Below, piece by piece: positions 14,301 to 28,200 of a stretch of 64,000 nucleotides of DNA. The stretch's first letter is position 1, and every line of letters begins with the position of its first letter. The position numbers and the translations under genes were made by a program. Origin of the DNA: Glycera tridactyla. Lineage: Eukaryota. The stretch spans positions 19,096,001-19,160,000 of the forward strand of contig OZ286463.1 of assembly GCA_965644265.1 (NCBI GenBank), given 5' to 3'. Below the pieces are notes generated by a model. It was not told the origin of the DNA. It saw only the letters and a list, made by a program, of their open reading frames with translations, and ran no database searches.

Positions 14301-17300
14301 GTTTTCCCATTACAATCGAATAATTTTAGGACGGCAGCAGCCCGATCAATTTTAGTATTCTACATTCTGGAAGTACATTGCTGTGATAAATCATAAACAT
14401 AAGTAAACTAAAATCTACATGCTAAGTGTGTGGTGTCACCATCACCATGTTGACCTGCATTGTTAAACCAGAGGCTACCCATATATGGAAATGGAAATGG
14501 AAATTGTGTTGTTTTAGGTCCACTTTCTGCACTTGAGTAGGTTAAATCGGACCACCTGCCAAGGAGGAGCGAAGATGAAGGGTGAACATTCCTGCATGGT
14601 AGGACCGGGGACTACCCATATATGTAGTGTCTGGACTCGAGCGAGCTTCATGTAATACAGTGAGGTATTCTAGCAATAGTTCAACTGACTTCCCAGAAAT
14701 CAGATTGATCAATCCTTTTCGCAAAGCGAATGGATCTCAGCAATGATGAGTCACTTGACTGGCAAGGCCATCATCCACAAATGATCATGAATCAACCATC
14801 CAAGGTTATCATGAATTTGATGTGGGCACGATCATGACAGAATAAAGTCAATTGATTGATTTTCAGCATATCCTTTGATATGTTGGCATTGCTCTTATCG
14901 ACTCATATCATGTTGCCAGCTCCACGCAGAAATCGAATCATCAACTTTGATAGATGGTAAGTGCTGTGGTATTCACCCCGATAGAGTCTTAAGTTGCACA
15001 AACCAAAATGGATGTATCGAAATGAAATGAAATGAAATGTTGAGGTTTTTGGTCCATTTTCTGCACTTGAGTAGGCTAAATCAGACCACCTGGCAATGAG
15101 GAGCAAAGATGAAGGGTGAAACATTCTTGCATGGTAGGACCGGGGATTGAACCACAGACCCATTGCACGCCAGCCCGGCATGCTACCACTGAGCCACCAA
15201 GGCAGGCTCATGGATAGTTGGTATACAGCACATACATGGATAGTATGGAATGAAATCAAGCTTGTCAGGCTTGTTCCCAGTTTAGTGAATGGTAGCAAGC
15301 ATATGGGTTTGTCAATGAAGGATATTGCCTGATTTATTGATTGAGTTGCAACCGAAAGACGCATGGGCAAGTAAGTTTTGGTGAGATGTTACGTGTATAT
15401 TCCCGAGCACCATTACAAGTGAATTAATTTCCATAATAGCACCACGTCTTCCTACATGGGCAAATTACTCACGGAATTACTCATTGTAGGTATTTTAGGG
15501 CGAGATGCCTAGATACAAACCAAGGGGCACTCAATTCATGTCATTAAGCCATGGTCACACAAGAATCAAATCATTTGTATCTTTTGCCTTGATAGGTAAC
15601 ATCTATGGTATCACATCGATAGAACAGAAGTTATAACACTATCTATTCAAAATACTCTTCCAAGCTCGATTGTAGAGAAAACCCTGGGTAAGTAAAAATT
15701 CTGATTACAACACCATGATGCAAAAACAATTCAAGAAAAGCACATCAAAATTGGTAACAAAATGGCATTACTCAAAACAGCAGCTAATAATGATACAGAA
15801 GTCATCAAATTCATCACAATCCTTATTCACATGAGATCCAATATTGAATTCAGAACATGATTGTTCCATAGGATTTCATGTATTTGGAAAGTGGTAAACA
15901 TGAACCAAATCTGGCGAATGCATATATTCAACCAACTCACAACATTGCACACACATGAAATAAAAAACGCCATGCAAGATGATTGGCATCCTAGACATAC
16001 ATAGACACTGACAGACTGATTACATCTTATACTCAACCGACATCAAAACCTAAGGTGCACTCACGAAACTTATCATGCGGAACAAACTATTTATATGATC
16101 ATATTGGTGAGATCGGAGAGGCGTCATGTGGAGGCTGGGACAATAACAAATGAGATGAACTGTAAAGATATGATATAGAAAAAGTGGTCAGAAACCTACC
16201 CTGGCAACCTGCAAGCTCTCCGGACTATTTTCTTCTATGAGTGTGATGAGAAGGTTACCAATCGATTGTTTCAATGTCAAAACCTGCAACGGAATGACTT
16301 GTTGAGATGTTTGAGAAGATAGAGAGCAATGCGGCGTCAAACATATTTTTGAGTGCTGCTGACCGCTAATATATGCCTTGGCACACAACTTTGAACAGAA
16401 GACTTCTTTGCACACGAGGAGTTTGGATATTTCAAATCTAATGGAAGATTTGTCAAGCCACACATTTGGCAAGAGTCTGATCCAATATCTGGATGAAGTG
16501 TATATAAACATTTCTCACCTCCGTCCAGTCAGGCATACACTAATCTTCCCACACATACATGCCCACCCACACACACATTCACACACTTGAACAAATCAAA
16601 TGCACATATGCTTGTTTATTAATATGTTCTGTTTACCAGTTATAGAGCACAACTTCGGAAGTCCCCTAATAGAAAATCATGATGATGGCTTCAAACTAGA
16701 TGGGTATACTTCACATACCTTCTCTGAGGGGCACTTTTTGAATTCCCCTGCACGTAGGATGAAGTTGATGTAATCCACGATCTTGCTATTGAGCAGAACA
16801 TAGCGATTCGCTTGATTGCCCTGTAAGAAATAAGCCACATGTGGATTATATTCAGGTGACCAAGCAATCAGTTTATGCATCTATCCACAATGTGATACAA
16901 TATATGATGACTGCAAAGGGAACTGATGTGAAAATTTGATATATGGAATTGAATGACACTTACAAATTGATGTCAAACTATCGACTTCTGAATCAACTAA
17001 TCAAAGCTCTTTCGACCATCATTGTATGTAATGAGTATTCTCATATATATTATAGCTACCATACATCTCCCCCGAGCTAGAAGAAGTTCATTCACATGTT
17101 CGAGTATCATTCAATTTGAAATTCTTGGACCCCTTTACCCACAATATATTTCATCAGTCTTATATTCATCAGGGCCAGAGTGACATATATTATGATTACC
17201 CTACATCTCCCCTGAGCTAGAAGAAGTTCATTCATATGTTCGAGTATCATTCAATTTGAAATACTTGGACACCTTAAGCCCCCAAAATATTTTTCATCAG

Positions 17301-20300
17301 TCTTATATTCCTCAGGGCCAGAGTGACATATATGATAATTACCGTACATCTCCCCCGAGCTAGAAGGAGTTCAGTCACATGTTCGAGTATCATTCAATTT
17401 CAAATTCTTGGACCCCTTTACCCACAATATATTTCATCAGTCTTATATTCATCAGGGCCAGAGTGACATATATGATAATTACCGTACATCTCCCCCGAGC
17501 TAGAAGAAGTTCAGTCATATGTTCGAGTATCATTCAATTTCAAATTCTTGGACCCCTTCACCCACAATATATTTCATCAGTCTTATATTCAGGGCCAGAG
17601 TGACATATATTATGATGACCGTACATCTCCCCCTAGCTAGAAGTACATTCATATGTTCGAGTATCATTCAATTTGAAATACTTGGACCCCTTTACCCACA
17701 ATATATTTCATCAGTCTTATATCCATCAGGGCCAGAGTGACATATATGATAATTACCGTACATCTCCCCCGAGCTAGAAGAAATTCATTCACATGTTCGA
17801 GTATCATTCAATTTCAAATTCTTGGACCCCTTTACCCACAATATATTTCATCAGTCTTATATTCATCAGGGCCAGAGTGACATATATGATAATTACCGTA
17901 CATCTCCCCCTAGCTAGAAGGAGTTCATTCACACGTTCGAGTATCATTCAATTTGAAATTCTTGGACCCCTCTACCCACAATATATTTCATCAGTCTTAT
18001 ATTCATCAGGGCCAGAGTGACATATATGATAATTACCGTACATCTCCCCCTAGCTAGAAGAAGTTCATTCACACGTTCGAGTATCATTCAATTTGAAATA
18101 CTTGGACCCCTTTACCCACAATATATTTCATCAGTCTTATATTCATCAGGGCCAGAGTGACATACATGATAATTACCGTACATCTCCCCCGAGCTAGAAG
18201 GAGTTCATTCACATGTTCGAGTATCATTCAATTTGAAATTCTTGGACCCCTTTACCCACAATATATTTCATCAGTCTTATATTCACCAGGGCCAGAGTGA
18301 CATATATGATAATTTCCATACATCTCCCTCGAGCTAGAAGGAGTTCATCCACATGTTCGAGTAACATTCAATTTTAAATTCTTGGACCCTGTTACCAACA
18401 ATATATTTCATCAGTCTTATATTCACCAGGGCCAGAGTGACATATATGATAATTACCGTACATCTCCCCCTAGCTAGAAGAAGTTCATTCACATGTTCGA
18501 GTATCATTCAATTTGAAATACTTGGACCCCTTTACCCACAATATATTTCATCAGTCTTATATTCATCAGGGCCAGAGTGACATACATGATAATTACCGTA
18601 CATCTCCCCCGAGCTAGAAGGAGTTCATTCACATGTTCGAGTATCATTCAATTTGAAATTCTTGGACCCCTTTACCCACAATATATTTCATCAGTCTTAT
18701 ATTCACCAGGGCCAGAGTGACATATATGATAATTTCCATACATCTCCCTCGAGCTAGAAGGAGTTCATCCACATGTTCGAGTAACATTCAATTTTAAATT
18801 CTTGGACCCTGTTACCAACAATATATTTCATCAGTCTTATATTCACCAGGGCCAGAGTGACATATATGATAATTACCATACATCTCCCCCGAGCTAGAAG
18901 AAGTTCATTCACATGTTCGAGTATCATTCAATTCAAAATTCTGGGACCCCTTTACCTACAATATATTTCAACAGTCTCATATTCACCAGGGCCAGAGTGA
19001 CATATATTATGATTACCGTACATCTCCCCCGAGCTAGAAGTACATTCATATGTTCGAGTATCATTCAATTTGAAATTCTTGGACCCCTTTACCCACAATA
19101 TATTTCATCAGTCTTATATTCATCAGGGCCAGAGTGACATATATGAGAGAAGTGAATAGAATGAATACAGACCACTGTGAACTCGTTCAGAGTTTCGAAT
19201 AGCTGAATGATGAGATCAATTGTCTGAGGATTGATGTTGGAGTACACCAAGTTCACAAACTGTGCTGTCTCAGCCACAATATTGAACGACTTCATGTTAT
19301 CAGGTTGCTCTCGTAAGTAATCCTGCAAACAAATAAAAGTCTCAGTGCAGTACCAATACGATTGTACATCACATACATCTCCCAATTTATCCCCTTTCAG
19401 TGTCAAGCCCGAACAACAGATATAAAACAAAGAAAACCTTTCCCCATATGATGGGCGTGCTAATATCACTCAATCAATGAATATCGAGGGAATTCAATTA
19501 AATTCGATAATCTTTTATTTTGTCTCGCAAAGTACATATTTACAGTGCACAGTCAGCCCCAGTGAGGCTTTCTACGGAATACGCGAGATGCAAACAACAT
19601 ATAGAACTTTTAGAACATATATACAGACATCTAAATTAGAAAAAACATATCAGATCACATGTACAATGTTTAGATTATTCACACACACACACACACACAC
19701 ATTTACTCACCAATCATATCCAAAGAAATAAACAGATAGACTTACATTCATTCACATATGTATCATGTTTGTTCATACATTGAATACCGAGTATGTAAAA
19801 AGGGAGAGTGGGGGGGGGGGGGGGATAATCATGATGCTATCATGATGAGGTCTGTGTAGTGAGCTTACCTGTAAGCCTTCATGTTGGCCATCACACATCC
19901 TCGCCAGTACCCGAAGCACCAGTTCTATATAACCATCATCCTTTTGGTCAATCTCCTCTGTTTCGTCCTCCTTCATGGCAGACATCATACTGTTCTCTTT
20001 ATTCTCTTTTGCCTCTTTTGATTTAGTAGCCAATTTTGCAACCTAGAAAAGAAATATCTTCGGTTCCTCGAAACATGTATGAGTTCAAGATTCATAGTAA
20101 AGATCTGAAAGCCTATCTTCATCTATTTACAACAGCATATAGAGCAGGCATTGTAATCCTTTGAAATTTCTTGGTATTTTATATCGTTGAATTCTTGTGT
20201 CGCTAGTTCACGACAAGATCCCTATTCCATTCCATCTCTGCGACTTTATGGTTCTAAATAATGCACTCATGTTATTTACCTGCCATTGCTGGAATTCCTG

Positions 20301-22255
20301 TACTATTATCTTTGTTGAAATGAGATCTCAGGTATGCACTGTAACACATGACACCTAGCGAACAAACAGGGTGGAAGTTGCCACTCCATGCAGCTGCAGC
20401 AAATCTCGATATGAGAGCAGCCTCTGCCGTTCAGATTGCGTGAATAAAGAAGTGTTCGTGAATAAAGAAGTGTTTATTATTATTTATTATTATTATTACA
20501 TGTATCGGGACTCAACATTGATATCCTCTCCCGTCACTCTTTTCTACATCATGATAGTATTTTGAGACTCAAGCGATCCATCTAGTGATTCTTTTTTGTA
20601 AGTGATCTAGCTAAAATATATCAGAATTTGAGAGGAAATTGAATTCAATTTTCATGCTATCTCTTGAAAATGCCATCCTACAGACAAATATATGTTATCG
20701 GAATTGCTGGAATGTATGATGAGGAATTGAACATGAGACACGCCTTGCTGTAACAGATGTCTGCTCGCAGGATACCAACAATCTACGTCCTACCTGTCTC
20801 TCTTCTCTCTACCTCTTTTCCCGTTCCCTCTTCCGAAACATGATGGGTGGTACGCCGGCATCACTATCTAGAATTATTGAAACTATGGAATTACCCGTCT
20901 CTCTTCTCTCTACCTCTTTTCCTGTTCCCACTTCAGAAACATGATGGGTGGTACGCCGGCATCACTATCTAGAATTATTGAAACTATGGAATTACCCGTC
21001 TCTCTTCTCTCTACCTCTTTTCCTGTTCCCACTTCAGAAACATGATGGGTGGTACGCCGGCATCACTATCTAGAATTATTGAAACTATGGAATTACCCGT
21101 CTCTCTTCTCTGTACCTCTTTTCCTGTTCCCACTTCAGAAACATGATGGGTGGTACGCCGGCATCACTATCTAGAATTATTGAAACTATGGAATTACCCG
21201 TCTCTCTTCTCTGTACCTCTTTTCCTGTTCCCACTTCAGAAACATGATGGGTGGTACGCTGGCATCATTATCTAGAATTATGGACACTATGGGATTTCAA
21301 TGTTGATAGTATTTCGCTGAACAGGAGTTTGAATATAGTTGGGTGAGAGAAGAAATATTGAGGTTTTACGTCCACTTCCTGCACTTGAGTAGGCTAAATC
21401 AGACCACCTGCCAAGGAGGAGTGAAGATGGAGGGTGAAACATTCCGGCATGGTAGGACTGGGGATTGAACCCCAGGCCAATTGCATGCCGGCCCAGCATG
21501 CTACCGCTGAGCCCAGCATGCTACCACTGAGCCACTGAGCCACCCAGTTGGGTGAGAATCAAACGTACCTGGGTGTTTGGATCAATTGTATCCACTGTCA
21601 TATCCAAAGTATCAAGCTCGATATGCTCACTGTTGATCAGGGTTTGGGAATCTTTCATCTTGTCATTCGCAAACCCATTCACTTTTGCCTCCTTTGGCTT
21701 TTTCTTTTTAGGTGCTTTGTGTTGCTTCGACTTCTCTTCTCTTCTTTTGGCGGCTTTACTCTGTAGTGTAGAAAGACTGACTTTTCGCTATAAAGAAAAT
21801 CAAATCACAGGTTGTTAGTAGCATCACCTCACTCAAGTCATTATGCTGACAGCACCTATCAGTATCTGACAGCATCTAACAGTTAAATACTGGGATGAAT
21901 CAGATTACGTCCTACATTGAGTGATTGGTAGCAATTTCGTACTGAACAACATCCTTCATTACGAATTTTGTAACAGAAATTCATAATTCTAATGTTCATA
22001 TCATGAGAATATCGACCAATCACGTTGATATATCTTTCATCGAGTGGGTGTTTTTATACTGTGTCTTGGATAACCTGTCGGCAGAAATTGCAACACTATT
22101 TTCCCAAAGGCCTATTTTGAATATCACAAGAGTAGACATTTTCTGTGAACAAACATCTGAGAATAGGTTCATGTCAAAGAATGTGTGTCGTTGATTTTAT
22201 TTCCCTATCTTATTTCACTGATATTGTTCTCGTGTGTTTGTGTGTGTGTGTATGT

Positions 22256-22298
<43 letters not shown>

Positions 22299-25200
22299 TG
22301 TACTTCTTAGCATATTAAAAATCAGTCTCCTAGAAAGAACTTTCTTTTTCTGTCATTGATATCATGGACAATTCATATTCAATGATTAGTGTCTCTATTT
22401 GTTGTTGGTCAGTTTCATATTCAGAGATGGAATTTAGTGGTTCACTGAGAGGGGCCATGCGGTCGACAGTATTTACTATGTTCTTGACACATTGAGAATA
22501 CTTTCTCCTAGACCAGATTTGTCATAAAAAAACTGACACACACTCGAGAAAATATTCACAAAACTAGGACAGAGTCTGATCAGTCGTTGTTTACCATCAT
22601 ATCAGCTCGCAAAGAAGTATACTCTGAGGCTTATGCAATGGGTAAGGGAGAAGATGACTCAAATCTCTCCATCCTCCTGGGTCCCGCATAGGTGCATTGA
22701 TAATTGTAAATGTTGATATAAATATCATCATTATTTTCACCACTGCTGCAACTGATTTTATGTGAGAGGATCAGTATCTCGATAGACTAATTACCAATAT
22801 TTTGAGTGATTGATGTGTTAAATCTTTTCAGCATGCATGCCTTTTGGAGATGAATTGTCTACATTGGCAGTCACTAATGATACAGAACTAGGAAACTGAC
22901 CCAGTCAGCGCGGACCCCGCCAAGGTTTGATCCATCAGCACCACAAACACAGCAGTACATATATTTGCATGGCTACCATTCAGAAGCACTGTTGTAGTCC
23001 ACATGTACAAACTGGCCTCTGTGGCATTGCTATCTTGGACAGAGCAGTATGCACAAGAATTTCAATATCAAGGTAATATCTCCAAGGTCAGAGGTCACAA
23101 AAGCAAAATTTCATACCATGCACACCTACTGCTCATGGGTAGTCCATAGGTACAAATTGGCCACTGTAGCCTCAATACCTGAGCCACCGGAGTGTGAACA
23201 AACACTTTTGAGTACAAAGTCATATTTCTAAGTCAAAGGTCATAGGGGCAGAAATCAATGCCTATCACATCTACACCTGATCAGAAGTCCACAGGTACAG
23301 ATTAGCCCCTGTGGCGTCAATGTCAAGGTCATATCTCAAAAGTCACAGGTCACAGTAGTAAAATTCCATGCCCATGCACACCTATGCCTTATGGGTAGTC
23401 CATATGTACAAATTGGCCACTGCAGGCTCAATACCTGAGCCACAGGAGCATGAACAAAAACTTTTAAGCTCAAGGCCATATTTCCAAGGTGAATGGTCAC
23501 CATATGAGCATTCCACACATCAAATTTGGCTGGTGTAGAATCAATACTTCAACCACAGCTGCATACACAGAAATTTGAGGAATTGTTTGAAAAGAACACT
23601 TATGTTCGACCTTGGAGTTGATGAAATAGACTACAAGCCATTATTGATGACCCCAGAATAGATGTCAATTATGGAAAGGTATTGCATAACACAAGTAGAG
23701 AAACAAGAGAGGCATTGTCAGTTTCTGAAGAATCCTAAATTTAATGAATCCAGAATAGATATCAATCACGGAAAGGTCTTCCCTCACACCGGTGGAGAAA
23801 CAAAAGAGGCATGGTCAGTTTCCGAAAAATCATATGTAACAAATTCAAAATTTGTGGATGGACAGACGGACAGACGGACAGATGCAGTGATTACTGTAGG
23901 GCATCCGCATTTTCATGGGGAGCCCTAATCACTCACTCAGGAAATTCATTTGACGGGTCACATACAGCTAACTTCTCTCTGGAATGCTTGCATAATTCAT
24001 TTTCAAGTAAGGAGATTTATCATGTTCACCGCAATGATGTGGCGAGGGCAAAATTGGTGGATTTTGTATTCAGATTATTGAAAAGTGTAGCATTCGCATC
24101 ACCAGGATCGAAGAGCGAGGAAAATAGATAAGTGACTCTTCATTCTTACATTCAGCCATTACATGCAAATAACATCACTATTCGAAATAATTATTCACAA
24201 AAATATGACTATATCACTACTGTCCAGATAGTGATATCACTGGATGATAACTGATACCAGGAATCAATGCATTCTATCAAAGAAGCATATACAACAAGTA
24301 TTATGGCATGGATATTAGTCCTTCATGGGATATGCACAATATGAAACCATATATAAATTTTCAATTTATATATCGATTTCAAGCAACCAAAAAACTACAT
24401 ATTCTCTTATAATCGCTGTTCATTTTCTTGGGAAGCAGTTGTTCGGCCTTTGGACGGTGAGTGTTAAATTATTTTTCCAGGATCCCCATAATGATATAAA
24501 AAGGGGAAAAGCACTAAAAAGGAAGTATAGCTATAGAAACCATATTGATGAATAAAACATATGTTCTTGCAACACATTCATTGCAATAGCCTATATGGAT
24601 TGTGATGGATAATTCATTCGACAACTATCATCGTATTTTCCGGAAAAGTGATCAGTTCCGCTTGTTTCTTCTTCTTTACCCTTTTTCTTTCATGAACTTA
24701 AGCGCAACACTGCATGTGTGCACAGAAAATGGTCATGAACTTAAGCACAACACTGCATGTGTGCACAGAAAATGGTCATGAACTTAAGCACAACACTGCA
24801 TGTGTACACAGAAAATGGTCATGAACTTGATCACAACACTGCATGTGTGCACAGAAAATGGTCATGAACTTAAGCACAACACTGCATGTGTGCACAGAAA
24901 ATGGTCATGAACCTAAGCACAACACTGCATTTGTACACAGAAAATGGTCATGAACTTAAGCACAACACTGCATGTGTGCACAGAGAATGGTCATGAACCT
25001 AAGCACAACACTGCATGTGTGCACAGAAAATGGTCTCATTCAGATGAACGAGTTTCCCAAGAAAGATGTTCTTTGATGACGGGAATTAAGCTAGCCAAAC
25101 CATTCAAGCCAGTACTGTCAATCTTTATTAGTGCTAAACTACAGACGTTCTTACGATTGTCCATCATGTAACTGACCATCACACACACTTGTATTTCGAT

Positions 25201-28200
25201 CAATAATTCATTCATGCTGTAGGTTACATCCCAATCAAGTGTTATAACTCGAACTTGTGGACTTGATATATCATGACTCCTTTTGAGAGGATTATGAAAA
25301 ATTTCCTCTGTCAAGGAGAACACAAGATGTTGCTTGTTGTCTCATGTTGAAAAGATTGCATCTGACTAAAAGAGATGGCTGGTCATCGTGTAATTGGCAC
25401 CCTATCGATTTCCGGCATCCAAATCATGTACATGGGAGTTATAAGTGTTATCCCTGGTTTGAGGAACAGAATGGGTATGTGGTACAGTTGTCATGATGGT
25501 GCAGGCAGGATTGGGTACAAACCGGATTTCTAAGATAAAGAACTGAATATCCTACTTTGATCCAATTACTGAAGTTAGGTTGAAGTTATGCACAGCAAAT
25601 ATAAATCCTGATCATTACTCTTATCATTTCGTACACTTCTTTATCACAACACCGAACCATCTACTGAAGCACACAACCTACCTTTTTGATACAAAATTAA
25701 ATACTCGCTGTGAAGTGCATGTATACAGAACATAATTCAATGTGAAAACGAAGAGAACTCTATGGAGGCGAGAAATAAAACAATACTAAAAGGCCAAAGG
25801 ACAACATCTACCAGATGGCACTACATGCATAAGACAAAAGGTCTGATGACGCATGCGTCATGAATAATTACTTGCCCCTTGACCAAATTTAGTCCTCTTC
25901 ATTGCACTATCTATTGCTTCGATTTCCTGGAGATGAACATCGTGCAGAGAGAGGACAAGGAAAGAGGAACAGTAAGAGAGAGATCCAACTAATGGAACAT
26001 AAAACACCAACAGGCAAAAAATCACCTACCCTGCTGGCACATAAAAAAGCCTCTGGTAACTCTGATTGGAAAACTTCCATAAGTTAGGAATACACCAACC
26101 ATCAACTCACACATATCTCCATGATTTATATGCATTGCATATGAAATCCCTTCATATGAAACCACATTACTCTTTCAGGAGTGACACTAAGGCTGAGTAC
26201 AACTTGTGTACATAAGTTGCATTAATGATCCAGAATTTGCAAAATGTGCGAATATTTCATTCGGAGACGTGAAATTACTGAATCCTGATCTGAACGTGTT
26301 CCATGCCCTCTTGCAGTATTCATCCCCGAATCCCTACTTCTCATATGATGAATTACAAGGAAATAGACCATTTCAGGTTAGTTGGGAGCAGACGAGTTAG
26401 TACTCAAGAGTTACCCACATGTAGTTAAAGATGACCACATGATCAAGAGGAAAAAGCCTCGCACCGAATTTGGGGTATTCATTCATGGCAAAATGAATGT
26501 ATATTGAATGCGGAAAGTTGCTTTTTCTGCATTGTGACTGTTTCCAAAATGGGAGCGACCGATAACGACCATTATCACATGGATGTGCAATTTTCAGTAT
26601 CAGGTGTTGAGTATTGCGTGTGATACTTCACAGCTGGATGAGGACTAGTTTTTTATGATTTCTCCCCTAATCCATGTGATTTAAGCAAGACTATATGACC
26701 ATGAGGCAAAACACGATACCAAACTCGGTGCAAATTTCTCCAGATGTCTTGAGGCCGCACCTTGTTTGGTATTGCGTTTTTACTTCACGGCCATATAGTC
26801 TTGCTATATTCCTCATAGCTCGAGGAATGTTTTTATCCTGTATCTTATTGTGTATCAAGAACTTGATATTGAGCAACTGGTTTTGGAAATTCACAGTGAT
26901 TGCTGGTGTTATGAGCCATGCCAAAGTGACCCTCTCCTTTATCGTCCAATACCATTTTGACATTAACTCTTAATATATGTAAGCGAAAGGGTGAACGATC
27001 TTGCATCATGCATCATCTGATATTCAATTCCCAGATTTAGACAGGGTGATAGCCGAGATAAACATGTTCTATTTTTTTTTCAACCAGCTGAAGAGAAATG
27101 GTAGAATATGAAGGATATATCATCTCATGAAGATATATTATGCCCACACATAATGTCGGCATATCACATTTTTTGGGGTAATGTAACTTAATCAATGCCA
27201 ACAAATTCATGCAAGTGAAACTTAACCATACAGATGAAACAAATACTTTAATTAAAGAACTTTCACTGAGAAGGGATGGGAGAAATGAAGGTGGAACATA
27301 AGGTGATATTATTCCACAAACAAAATCCCTAACAAAGCGATGACAAAGACTAGTAATACTAAGCATGAAATAACCAAAACCAACAACAGAGTGAATCATT
27401 CTACTTCAGCGTTACCCTAAACGCAGCATGCCTGACACAGTAGTGAAAATCAATACAGATTCAAGAGTACATGATTCGCATTAATGGTGTTCATGACCGA
27501 AGAAAAACATTACAAATCGAAACAATCTCTCTTATCAGGGAATTTGCGAGATATGAATCATCAGAGTGTTTTTTTTATCAGTATAGATGAAACATAAAAT
27601 GAATATGGCAACAACTGGTAGTTTCCACTTTTCCACTTGTTTCGATTATCACTGTCATGCATATACATGTCGCCAGAAGTTTGTTAGTACAATTACAATA
27701 CACATCAAATTAATCATGCATATGCATGCGTGAATACATCAGATGCATGGAAGTCATCGCAATCAGTTTATTAGCTAAGGTTAGGGATGGTTACTTTTAC
27801 TTGTAAATCATTCAGTGAAACTAAAATGTGGGAAGTACTATGTATCATGATGACACGTATTGCCCCGGAAAAATGATCAATGAGGATTCCAAAATGAAAT
27901 CATGTTGATTACATGGCAGTTGTTCAGACTTAGATGGTGGTTCAATCAACAAGCATACATCATCACCAACAAATACAAATGAACTGAATCACTGGAAACC
28001 TATGTTGATATGCAGTTTTCAAGAAATATCAATTAAAATATATGATACACAAAAATGTTAGATGCTCCCAAAAACATTTAGCGCACTGAAAAAGCATGAT
28101 CAAATTTGAATGATCGAGGAATTTTCTCCAAGCTGTTTCGCAAAAAAGTACTGCTCTTTGGGGAAAGATATTATCGCTGGTAAAACAAATATAATGCATC

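Noticed and set aside
17379-19137. Repeated MFEYHSIS... ORFs
   Set aside because: These are translations of the 140-bp array units, with no coding signature.
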